Assembly (NCBI GenBank): GCA_964057225.1
Contig: OZ059898.1
Coordinates: 11,346,001-11,410,000, forward strand
Origin: Auanema rhodensis
Lineage: Eukaryota > Animalia > Nematoda
Direction: 5' to 3'
DNA length: 64,000 nucleotides
Shown: positions 51,566-61,542 of the stretch, one piece after another
Numbering within the stretch: the stretch's first letter is position 1
How the letters are laid out: each line of letters begins with the position of its first letter
Position numbers and translations under genes: made by a program
The notes under the pieces: model-generated
Told to the model about the DNA's origin: nothing
What the model saw: only the letters and a program-made list of their open reading frames with translations
Database searches by the model: none

Positions 51566-54500
51566 TTGGTGGCCACGATTTGGAAAACTCCCTCTCATTT
51601 ACCCTCCGCATCGCCCAGCGAAGCACGACTATCCTATTGCTCCCGAATCTCTCTCTCTCCCAACACACATCTAAAAGAATCTCACGCACCTTACATCAAC
51701 ATCCCACACGTAGCTCACCATTCTCGGTTTTTCCAAACCAAAAGTCCTACAAAGGTGGCCAAAAGATTCTCATCGGCTTTCCCAGCCCTTTACCCGTCCG
51801 ATATCAACAGTGACGCTACTGTCGCAAGTCGTACCCGAAGCCGCACCCGACTTCTCAGTGTTCAAATAGAAGAACCGCACCAACCAGACGAGAAGCCGAA
51901 GCCGCAAGTCGACAAGTTCTATACTCCCCGAGAAGGTACATATTCACCTTCTGACGACACCGACGAAGACCCGGACTTCATCATAGCCGACGACAGCACT
52001 CAAACTCCAACTACAAATCCCAAGGTACGCTCAGTTGATACTAATAAAAATTTGCGAAAAATTCAAAAGAAAAAGCCGACAACCGCATCTGCCTCACCGG
52101 TAACCCCAGACCCAAACGCGTCGAACTTATCAGTTATCACTGATAACGCACCTTCCCCATCCCTCGGGTTAACACAAAGCCCGCAAGCGTCTTCCACGCC
52201 TATTAATCAACCACATTCGCTAACTTTAGAACCCACCCAACTTAGTGACAACCCTTCAACCTTATCAAAAATCACTGATAAGATCAAAAAGAATATCCCT
52301 AATAAGCGGAAGACAAAAACACCCAGTAAGCGCGCAACAGAAACTTTGTCAGCAGAAGCCAGCCTCGAAGGCATACAAGAAGCTTCACCCTTATCATTAA
52401 CAACTGATAAGTTTAAAAACAAAAGATCTTTAACAAATCGACTGATAAAGATTTTAAACTTATCCCCAGGCGATAAAACAACACCCGGCGGAACAGCAAA
52501 ACCCCGGTTTTCTTCACATAATCCTAATCTTAACAGATCAGATAGTGCGATCCCTAGCTCACGATCAACTGATAGAACATCGCCTCAGGCATCTGGTAAA
52601 GTCATCCAGGTTCCAAGAGCCCGTTTCGCAACAACTACGCCTATAATAGGCTCCTCTAGCAGAAACCCTAAGGCAATAGAAAACACTCATCAAGATCCAA
52701 CAGGGAGCGAAGTGATAATATCACCTATCACATACCCTGAGGGCATCTCATCCGAAATGACCGAAACATCACGGCTTCCAGGAGCGGGTAAATCTACCAT
52801 TGCTCAGGCATTAAGCTCCCCATATTGCCCTATATACGACGGAAGTCGCAACTTTAGAGACTTCGTGGCCAAGTTTAACACCTTTGCAAACGCCTTAGGC
52901 TTAGTTATGCCCGAAAGATTAACAATCTTACCATTACTTCTCAAAAACGAACGAGCTGAAGAAGCTTATACACAGCTTAGCGATACTATCAAGACATCTG
53001 GCTCGTGGAATACTCTCATCGAAGAACTTACCTCTAGGCTATGCCCAGAGTATAATCAAGATCCGGCGCTGATAACGCTACAGAATTCCACCCAAGGCGA
53101 GCTATCAGTGGATGGATTCGCACAAACTTTACGAAGCCTAAGCTTAAACGCTTTCTCCCATACAGACCCACACAAGGACCATATCCTTAGATCTACCTTT
53201 CTACGCGGTCTCAAAAACACAATACGCCCGGGGGTAATCAGAGCTAAACCAAAAACGTTTGCCGAGGCAATTGATAATGCCAGATGGGAGGAATCAATTG
53301 CTAACCAAGTAGCCGACCCTCAGGCGCTACTGGTTAACGCAATCGATAGAACATTCCCTCCCAGGCGCGACACCGGAAGGCGAGGAATCGGCAGAGGCTA
53401 TCAATCATTTAACAATAGAAACTACCAAAATTATCAAAATTATCAAAGTTATCAAAATTCATCAAATAATCAGAAACCACAAAATCTGCAAAATTCTTTC
53501 GCAAGAAACCGCAATCTTGGTAATCGCGGTAGAAATTTCTCAAATCCAAATTGGTATCAAAGAAATAACAACTTATCACGTAATCAGGAGAGTGATAACC
53601 GTCAACGCGGTAATAATCCCTTCAGGGGAAACAACAATAATAGAGGTAGAGGAAGAGGCTCAAGAGTCAATAATTTGACCTTGATATCCCCCTTAACACT
53701 AGCAGTAGCTTTATCAGTGATCTTATCACTAATCACTATAACTGATGCTTATCAGATGTGCACTAAAGCTACAGGTGGAGCCCTCCTTATACCCCCACCC
53801 CTGAGGAAATGCACAATACCACCTACCAAACATGTCCTCCGCACAAACATACATCTGTATACAAGAAACCAGACGGCTCACGAATGGGATTCATGGCGAT
53901 GTTCAAAAGAAATACATAAAATATGCATCAGGGATTTGCTATTTTTAAGAGATCATAACTCCTCCATTGTTCGAATTGAGCCAACAACAGAAAACGAATG
54001 TAGACTGGCTGTCCGCGACCGTAAATGGAAATCAGAAGACCTGATTAAATTGGATAGCTTGACATACGCGACAACCGAACCTACATTCTCTCCAGCGCGC
54101 TCATTCAATTACGAACAATGCGAAGAAAAAGAACGACTGGTTTTGGAAAGAGGCGTTATGACCAGGATGCCAGACGACACCATATTGACAAATCTATTAC
54201 TCAATACGGAAGGCTGTCTTGCACATCATGGCCAATGCGCATCCAATACTTCAATGATCATCTGGGAAATCCAATCATACGAACAGAGATGCAACTATAT
54301 AGACATGAGCGAATATGATGCCATCATTGGAGACAGCATAATACTGATTCCCAATACGCAGTCAGCCCTTGTTATCGACAATAAACAAATTCCAAAACAG
54401 ATTACATCATGTTTTTCGCAACCTATATTTCAATCAACCACGGGCAATTATATACTCTTTCCCAAATATCCAAATGACAGTAATATACACAACTTAATTG

Positions 54501-57500
54501 AAAGAGAATATCAAAAGTTGCCAGCTAAGCGTCAAAAAAGGGCTATAGCGCACTGCGCACTGCAATTGGACGAAAGCTGGATAAAAGAACAAGAAGACTA
54601 CGAAACTTTAACATTGAACATATGCCCATACCCATTTTTACGTCCAGTAATGAGTAACCCTGGGATATCACAAATAATTCCTATAATTCGAGCCAGACGG
54701 ACGATAGATCCAACATATTCTATCGTTAAGTGGATCTCAGCACATCCCGAGCAGTTCAAATTCTTCCTACGAAGCACTACTTCGGATAGATCAATAGAAA
54801 GATTCTTGAAAATATATGAATTCTACGACCCAGAAGAAGCAATGCTTCAATTCTTCGCCCAAAAAGAACTGGCAGCTACCACAAGAGGAGCCGTTAAATA
54901 CCTCACCTCCCTGCAACTTTTAGAGCAGATAGGCGACAGATTAACAGCAGAAGAATTTGACGAAAAAATACTCACAAAAGAAGGAAGTTATCGAGAGCGA
55001 ACCGAAAGTATAGCGCTCGAGTTGGCATTTACACCGACCATTTTCGCTCAAAATAACATGTCGGTGCCATCAAAACAAGAAGTTTTGAAAGCATTTGTAA
55101 ACATGCCGCCAACCAGGCCCGTATTATCAACTAATAACGAAAAGGAACAACTGATTATTAAAGAAACAATTGACCTATATCACCAAGTCCTCAAACTACG
55201 TACAATAAAACCCAATCGAACAGCGGCAAGAGCAGACGATGAAAGATTTCGACATCTGCCTGTACCAACTATTATCCTGCCGGATATAGAGAAATTATAT
55301 CGAGATATGGAGAATAATTTTGGTATACCTGTGGGGCCCCATCAACAAACAAAAAGTCCTAACAAATATACACGAAATCTTCTCATTCAAACCTTTCTAC
55401 CGCTACTAGAGGATAAAAGAACACCTCCCTACTCAACCAGACGCCTGACAGACAAAACTGAATATATAACGACAACAACGGAAGTAACAAAGCTAATCCA
55501 GGACCCTCAAACAACGCCAGAGATCGATACAACTCAAGCCATAACATCCACGCGCGCGCCAACAACGGTTACATTAATATATGGTGTTCACAAAGAACAG
55601 CCTATTACTACGTTTGCAACGGTCACAGATATGTCTTTAAGATCGCAAAGAAAGCAGAGAACGTCATCACCACCTTTGGAGATTGAAACGAAAGCAGTAC
55701 AAGCGCAAGCACATTATATAGGCTCCAAAGTAAATAACGAGATACAATATAAACAGAATATATCTCAGAGAATAGCGCAAGATCATCTACAATATGCAAC
55801 CACTCTTATACAGGAAGAATTGCAAAAGCATTTTATGGAATCTTACGAATCCATATGCGAGATACAAAATAGATATCTCGAGTTGTGGCGTTCAATTCTC
55901 CAAATAGAGCCAACCATAGCAATGAGAACAATCCTTGGCAGAGAAGACATAGCAGCGCGTTTCGTGGGCAGCGAAATAGTTCATGTTCATATATGCCTAC
56001 CAATAGAGCCTAAAACCGTTCACCACTCTCATAAAATCAATGAAACATGTTACTTAGAGACACCAGTAACAACAGAAGACAACAAATTATATTTCGCAGC
56101 ACCGGGATCAAGAGATTTACTCTTGTACGGGAAAGAAATCGACTGCGAACACGTATCAACTGATATTTATGAGAAAAACGGGGAATGGATGAACATTAAT
56201 GGGTCTGCGGAAGTCAATCCCATCACACTTTTTGATGGAGCTCACCAACATAAAGTTACGCCTTTAAAATTCACAGGTGCTCATCTTTATACTAATCTTT
56301 CATCAAGAGTCTATTCAATGACTACCGCAATAGCGTACGGAGCTAGTTTAGCTTCAATACGACAAAATCACGTACTAAATACGATCCACAACGACCCAAA
56401 GATAACGTCAGCCTTTATTCTTTTGAAAAAGGGCAGCGATTATATTTCGAAAGCAACTGAGTTCACAACTACAGCCTGGAATAGCATAAAACAATTCTTA
56501 ATGGGGACAATTGAAAGAACCTTAATATTAATAGGATCTACTGTTCTAATCATTGCAGCAATCATAATTACCATCTTTGCCGGAAAATTCTACTTTTTCA
56601 AAGCAATGCCACTACCAGTCATGCATATTCAAAAAGCAGACAACGAGCCCCCAGGCTACGAGGAAACATTAGAACTCGTTAGCCGCCCAGACCAACCAAT
56701 GCCAGAAAATATAATGAAGCAGTATTACCCGGCGCTCGTAACATTCATTCCACTAGCAATACCATTTATTGCTTTTATTAAATCAAAAGAAACAAAGCTA
56801 CCTCTTATCTATATATCAGTGGAAGATAAGCTGATATTAGCTTTATGGGATTCAGGCTCGTCAGTCTCATATGTCAGGCTATCGACATTAAAATACCTGA
56901 ACATGGCTCAACACGTCAAAAAGCGACGACTAGTGGCAATGGCAGCAAACAAAACAACGTTTACATTATACGGAAAAATAAATTTAAACATCGAAATTGC
57001 TGGCTATGAGATAGAACATACCTTTTTGGTCTCAAATGACTGTGATTGCCCAGCCCCTGCTCTTATTGGGATGGACTTTATGAGCACGCTCGACAGTGAA
57101 AACATTGATGTCAGTTTAAAACCATCGAAAAAGATGCTAGAGATCGGAAATTACGCACTCCCTTTAATTGAACAGGACGCCATTAAACAAACGGCAATAA
57201 CAGTAAATATCATCAATTTGAAGAAAAGAATCATACAACCCGACGAAGAGTCCACTATTCCAATCAAAGCTGATAGACCACTTAAATCAAACGAAGTGGT
57301 AATCTTAGGAGACAACGGAAATGCATTAGCTTCAAGTTATCCAACAGCTTTCCGTGAGACAAGTGGAGTATATGTAGTTTTCCGTAACAATACGGACAAA
57401 ACATTAGCTATGGAAGCTAATTCAGTCATAGGGCAGGCAACAATAGGAGAAGTACCAAGCTGGCAAACAATACAAGAAGACCCTATGCAACCATATATTC

Positions 57501-60499
57501 CACCAGAAGCAGATTGGGAGAATAAATTACCCCACTTTCCAAGAAATTTTATGAATGACCTTAATCTGGATAAAGCAGATTTGAATAATGAAGACAAGCA
57601 CGAGCTCACAAACATAGTTAAGAACCATCGTGAGGCCTTTCTTAATGAAGATAGGAAGATAGGTCTATTTAAAGGACCCATTGAGCATACAATCCCACTA
57701 AGATCGGATATGGACATGCCAAGGTCAAGAATAACGAGGATTCCACTTGGTAAACAGGAAGAAGTGGAAAAGCAAGTAAAAGAAATGCTAGAGCAAGGCA
57801 TAATCGAACCCTCTACATCCCTCTTCAATAGCCCTGCTGTGCTAGTGAAGAAGAAGGATGAGACATATAGGTTCGTGACAGATTTTCGAGCCCTCAATAG
57901 TGTCACGCGTAAACAAACATACGTTATACCAAGCATATCGGATATAGTTGACATGGCAGCTGGAGCTCAATTCTTCTCAAACTTCGATTTAGTATCAGGA
58001 TTTTTTCAAATATCACTACGTAAATCTGATCGTCCTTTAACAGCATTTACAACAACATCAGGCACGTATCAATATAAAAGAATGCCTATGGGTCTCTGCG
58101 GAGCCCCTCATACTTTTCAAACAGCAGTAAGATATTTGCAAAGTAAATGCTCTTGCAAATTATTTGTATACTTGGACGATCTGCTGATAATCTCTGATAC
58201 AAGAAAGCAACACCTTGAAGATATCGACGAATTATTACATGCGGTCGAAAGTTTGGGAATGAAAATTAAGTTAAAGAAATGTGCCTTTGCTCAACCAGAA
58301 GTAAAATTTCTCGGATTAATTATTGGAAGAGAAGGAATAAAACCAGACCCTCAAAAAGTGGCTGCGATACAAGAATATCCGGCACCAAAGAACGCAACAG
58401 GCGTTCGCGCATTCTTAGGAATGGTTGGATTTTTTCGCAAATTCATTAAAGATTTTGCAAGTATCGCAAGCCCATTGTACGATTTGACAAAGACGGATAC
58501 CGAATTCGCTTGGGAAAAGCAACATCAGGAAGCTGTAGATCGATTAAAAAGAAGTCTCACCCAAGCGCCCGTATTAAGTCCACCAAAATCTGATCGATTA
58601 TTCATTATCGAGAGTGACGGCAGCAACATAGCAGTGGGCGCAGTATTATTGCAACCAGAAGATCCCACGCAACCATTGAAGCATCTTCATCCTATCGCAT
58701 TTGCCAGCAGAAAACTGGTAAAAGCGGAACGCAATTACGCACCAATCGAAATTGAAGCCTTAGGGTTAGTATACGCACTGAATCAATTTCGCACATACAT
58801 ACTGGGAACGCATACTATATGTATCACTGACCATCGCCCTCTCACAAGTTTACTAACTCGCAGAGACCTATTTGGTCGTCTTGCTAAATTTCAGTTAGTA
58901 ATACAAGAATACGACATTGAGATAAGGTACAGAGAGGGCCAGCTCAATAAAGTATGTGATGCATTGTCACGTTATATAGGCGATGAAGCAAATGATGCAA
59001 AGCCGGAAAAGAAGAAAAAGAAAAACGCAGAATCGATCAGAATAAATACTATTGATACACCTACTATAAAAGAAATTCAACAAAATACTCTATGGATAAA
59101 GAAAACAATCGCGGACATCGAATATAGAACGCAAAAGAAAATGGTCTCTAACGATAGATATTGCGTTATAAATGGATTACTCTACACAAAACCAACAGAC
59201 AAGAAACCACATCCTGCAATCGTTGTGCCACAAGATCATCCAATCAAGGACGAGATAATAGAATTATTTCACGAAGATCCTACAATCGCAGCGCATCAAG
59301 GAATTAATAAAACTAAAGAAGCTATCCTACGGAGATTTTATTGGACCAACATGCAAAATGATATCATGATATATATCAAAAACTGCATTAAATGCGCACA
59401 AAGGAAGAAGGACCCACATTCTATGACAGTACAGCCAATAGGTCAATTTGAAATACCGACCAAGCCTTTTGAACGAGTTCATATGGATGTAATGGGACCT
59501 TTTCCCCCGTCAAAAAGGAATTGTACTTACGTTATTACCATCCAGGATGCTTTTACTAAATGGTCAACAACGATAGCAGTACCGCAAATTACGACAGAAA
59601 TAACAATTGACAGATTTCTACGCAACTTTGTATACATATACGGACCGCCTCATCGACTGATCACCGATAGAGGATCTAATTTTGTATCTCAAAAGTTTGA
59701 AGAAATGTGTACAAAACTGGGAATTCAACATGAACCCACCCTTCCTCACCAAAAGAACTCAAACGGACAAGTCGAAAGACTACACAGAACTCTTGAGGAA
59801 GGATTAACACACTACTTGAAGGAAGATCTAAGCGACTGGGATAGCGTATTGCCAAAAATTACATTCGCTATCAATAACATTCAGCATGCTACAACAGGCA
59901 TAGCCCCATACGTAGCACTTTTTGGAAAAGAATGCAGAATGAAAATTGATGCCGAATTACCGGGAACCATAACAAAAATCAAAGAGATTTCGGAAGAATT
60001 ACTCACGAGAAGACCTCAAATGATGAAAATAGACCAAATAATACGTGAACGTATCGCCCAAAACCAAGAAAACGCCAGAAAGAAGAAGGATAGAACACAA
60101 AGAACGCACGAAAGGAACATTCAACCCGGCGACATGGTGATGACAACAATAAAGTCACATAAAATTGGTCAGAAACTGAGGAAAAGCTATGACGGACCTT
60201 ACGAAGTTATTAACGTACAAGGATCCAAGGTGCAGATAAGGAATTCATCAGGAAAGATACAAGATATCCACAAGGATAATCTCAAACTCTTCTCAAACGC
60301 GACTCAAAATATCACTCACAATACCCGCTCTAATACACGCAACAATCACGAAGAAGAAGAAGAGGACAGCGATATAGAGATACTAAGAGTGATCAAAAGA
60401 AACGAGCAAGATAACACCGATAGCGAACCGGAATCAGAGAACGAAGATGGAGACGAATTATGGTTACCACGGATGAAAAATCAAAAAGAGAAAGCATGA
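51566..60499 (+). CDS. Family B Gag-Env-Pol polyprotein, 2977 aa (true start uncertain; first AUG at 52757)
   Basis: Capsid-like region from ~52820; N/R/G-rich NC-like region; signal peptide ~53675-53749; Cys-rich ectodomain 53750-56520; TM ~56522-56584; PR DSG at 56849; RT YLDD 58169-58180; RNaseH (ESDGS, EIEA, TDH, CDALSR); IN with HHCC, DD35E and GPY. Confidence 0.96.
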   Translation: MVATIWKTPSHLPSASPSEARLSYCSRISLSPNTHLKESHAPYINIPHVAHHSRFFQTKSPTKVAKRFSSAFPALYPSDINSDATVASRTRSRTRLLSVQIEEPHQPDEKPKPQVDKFYTPREGTYSPSDDTDEDPDFIIADDSTQTPTTNPKVRSVDTNKNLRKIQKKKPTTASASPVTPDPNASNLSVITDNAPSPSLGLTQSPQASSTPINQPHSLTLEPTQLSDNPSTLSKITDKIKKNIPNKRKTKTPSKRATETLSAEASLEGIQEASPLSLTTDKFKNKRSLTNRLIKILNLSPGDKTTPGGTAKPRFSSHNPNLNRSDSAIPSSRSTDRTSPQASGKVIQVPRARFATTTPIIGSSSRNPKAIENTHQDPTGSEVIISPITYPEGISSEMTETSRLPGAGKSTIAQALSSPYCPIYDGSRNFRDFVAKFNTFANALGLVMPERLTILPLLLKNERAEEAYTQLSDTIKTSGSWNTLIEELTSRLCPEYNQDPALITLQNSTQGELSVDGFAQTLRSLSLNAFSHTDPHKDHILRSTFLRGLKNTIRPGVIRAKPKTFAEAIDNARWEESIANQVADPQALLVNAIDRTFPPRRDTGRRGIGRGYQSFNNRNYQNYQNYQSYQNSSNNQKPQNLQNSFARNRNLGNRGRNFSNPNWYQRNNNLSRNQESDNRQRGNNPFRGNNNNRGRGRGSRVNNLTLISPLTLAVALSVILSLITITDAYQMCTKATGGALLIPPPLRKCTIPPTKHVLRTNIHLYTRNQTAHEWDSWRCSKEIHKICIRDLLFLRDHNSSIVRIEPTTENECRLAVRDRKWKSEDLIKLDSLTYATTEPTFSPARSFNYEQCEEKERLVLERGVMTRMPDDTILTNLLLNTEGCLAHHGQCASNTSMIIWEIQSYEQRCNYIDMSEYDAIIGDSIILIPNTQSALVIDNKQIPKQITSCFSQPIFQSTTGNYILFPKYPNDSNIHNLIEREYQKLPAKRQKRAIAHCALQLDESWIKEQEDYETLTLNICPYPFLRPVMSNPGISQIIPIIRARRTIDPTYSIVKWISAHPEQFKFFLRSTTSDRSIERFLKIYEFYDPEEAMLQFFAQKELAATTRGAVKYLTSLQLLEQIGDRLTAEEFDEKILTKEGSYRERTESIALELAFTPTIFAQNNMSVPSKQEVLKAFVNMPPTRPVLSTNNEKEQLIIKETIDLYHQVLKLRTIKPNRTAARADDERFRHLPVPTIILPDIEKLYRDMENNFGIPVGPHQQTKSPNKYTRNLLIQTFLPLLEDKRTPPYSTRRLTDKTEYITTTTEVTKLIQDPQTTPEIDTTQAITSTRAPTTVTLIYGVHKEQPITTFATVTDMSLRSQRKQRTSSPPLEIETKAVQAQAHYIGSKVNNEIQYKQNISQRIAQDHLQYATTLIQEELQKHFMESYESICEIQNRYLELWRSILQIEPTIAMRTILGREDIAARFVGSEIVHVHICLPIEPKTVHHSHKINETCYLETPVTTEDNKLYFAAPGSRDLLLYGKEIDCEHVSTDIYEKNGEWMNINGSAEVNPITLFDGAHQHKVTPLKFTGAHLYTNLSSRVYSMTTAIAYGASLASIRQNHVLNTIHNDPKITSAFILLKKGSDYISKATEFTTTAWNSIKQFLMGTIERTLILIGSTVLIIAAIIITIFAGKFYFFKAMPLPVMHIQKADNEPPGYEETLELVSRPDQPMPENIMKQYYPALVTFIPLAIPFIAFIKSKETKLPLIYISVEDKLILALWDSGSSVSYVRLSTLKYLNMAQHVKKRRLVAMAANKTTFTLYGKINLNIEIAGYEIEHTFLVSNDCDCPAPALIGMDFMSTLDSENIDVSLKPSKKMLEIGNYALPLIEQDAIKQTAITVNIINLKKRIIQPDEESTIPIKADRPLKSNEVVILGDNGNALASSYPTAFRETSGVYVVFRNNTDKTLAMEANSVIGQATIGEVPSWQTIQEDPMQPYIPPEADWENKLPHFPRNFMNDLNLDKADLNNEDKHELTNIVKNHREAFLNEDRKIGLFKGPIEHTIPLRSDMDMPRSRITRIPLGKQEEVEKQVKEMLEQGIIEPSTSLFNSPAVLVKKKDETYRFVTDFRALNSVTRKQTYVIPSISDIVDMAAGAQFFSNFDLVSGFFQISLRKSDRPLTAFTTTSGTYQYKRMPMGLCGAPHTFQTAVRYLQSKCSCKLFVYLDDLLIISDTRKQHLEDIDELLHAVESLGMKIKLKKCAFAQPEVKFLGLIIGREGIKPDPQKVAAIQEYPAPKNATGVRAFLGMVGFFRKFIKDFASIASPLYDLTKTDTEFAWEKQHQEAVDRLKRSLTQAPVLSPPKSDRLFIIESDGSNIAVGAVLLQPEDPTQPLKHLHPIAFASRKLVKAERNYAPIEIEALGLVYALNQFRTYILGTHTICITDHRPLTSLLTRRDLFGRLAKFQLVIQEYDIEIRYREGQLNKVCDALSRYIGDEANDAKPEKKKKKNAESIRINTIDTPTIKEIQQNTLWIKKTIADIEYRTQKKMVSNDRYCVINGLLYTKPTDKKPHPAIVVPQDHPIKDEIIELFHEDPTIAAHQGINKTKEAILRRFYWTNMQNDIMIYIKNCIKCAQRKKDPHSMTVQPIGQFEIPTKPFERVHMDVMGPFPPSKRNCTYVITIQDAFTKWSTTIAVPQITTEITIDRFLRNFVYIYGPPHRLITDRGSNFVSQKFEEMCTKLGIQHEPTLPHQKNSNGQVERLHRTLEEGLTHYLKEDLSDWDSVLPKITFAINNIQHATTGIAPYVALFGKECRMKIDAELPGTITKIKEISEELLTRRPQMMKIDQIIRERIAQNQENARKKKDRTQRTHERNIQPGDMVMTTIKSHKIGQKLRKSYDGPYEVINVQGSKVQIRNSSGKIQDIHKDNLKLFSNATQNITHNTRSNTRNNHEEEEEDSDIEILRVIKRNEQDNTDSEPESENEDGDELWLPRMKNQKEKA

Positions 60500-61186
60500 A
60501 AAGACGACAAGAAATAACTTTATATACATTCTTTTCTTCTCTGTAAATTGTAAAAATGGAAGTAACGGTGAATTAGAAAACTTTTTGATGAGAGATTAAG
60601 TGAGTAAACAACTAAAAATAAGGAATAAGCAAAAATATAATAGAAATAAATGGCTACCGTAATCCTATACGACCGATAGAGATAATATTTTGCGCTAAAC
60701 TGAGCTCCATATGTATCTCCAAGAAGAGACGAACATTGGCAGGCGCCTAAGCCACACCCCATCTGAGTGGTAGCCTCCATTAGTACTCAAGAATTCATTT
60801 AGAGAGACATATGGAGACGAGTAAATTATTAACTAAAATTATCCCCATCATCATTAGGATACGAGTAACCATGTACCCGAAATGTTTAATAATTCCTTAT
60901 TGTCTCACATAATTCACACATTCATGAAACTAAGAAAATTTTTTTTTATTACAGTACTACAGTGACTAAATTTATTTTCTAATCCTCCGTTACAAAATAA
61001 CGTAAAACCTATTATTGTATTCAAATTCTATCTTAATACCATAAAGAAACCTATTAAAACTATTTATATATCTTTCTACATGTAGATTTTAAAACTTTTA
61101 ATTTTATTTGTAAACTCCTAGACTCTAAAACTCAGCTACATATACACTAAAAATCTCTTTATATCGCGCGGTCGCGAAAAATCTTT

Positions 61187-61197
61187 GAAAAAGGGCA
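61187..61197 (+). promoter_or_regulatory. Polypurine tract
   Basis: GAAAAAGGG-CA directly before the 3' LTR. Confidence 0.75.
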
Positions 61198-61542
61198 CGT
61201 TCCATTCGGACTCCCCATATATGTAGCTGAAGGGTTAGAGCCAGACGACCAGAGGACCGAGGAATGGCTCCGCCTTCCCTCGTTCCCTTGGTCGGGAGTT
61301 CGCCTCTTAGCAAGCTCATGGACGGCTTGTAGTTTAGTCTTTATACTTATATTTATCTTATTGTAATGTATCTTTATCTTTGTATATTATTGTTGTAGTT
61401 TCATGCCAATAAATCTTTCTCTCTTTTATCTTATGATTGACCTTATGCTCTTTATTCCTTACCGCTACACCAAGGAATACTATGTGCGTCATAGTATAAA
61501 CTACAATGGTTTATATTATCGACGCAGGAGCATAACGGAACG
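61198..61542 (+). repeat. 3' LTR, family B
   Basis: Identical to the 5' LTR by eye. Confidence 0.97.

Larger units (their letters stand above)
49463..61542 (+). mobile_element. Complete env-bearing Ty3/Gypsy element, family B (12,080 bp), TSD GGAT, in tRNA T-arm
   Basis: 345-bp LTRs 49463-49807 and 61198-61542, identical by eye; PBS 49808-49820; PPT ~61187-61195; GGAT at 49459-49462 and 61543-61546; intact 2977-codon ORF. Confidence 0.97.
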
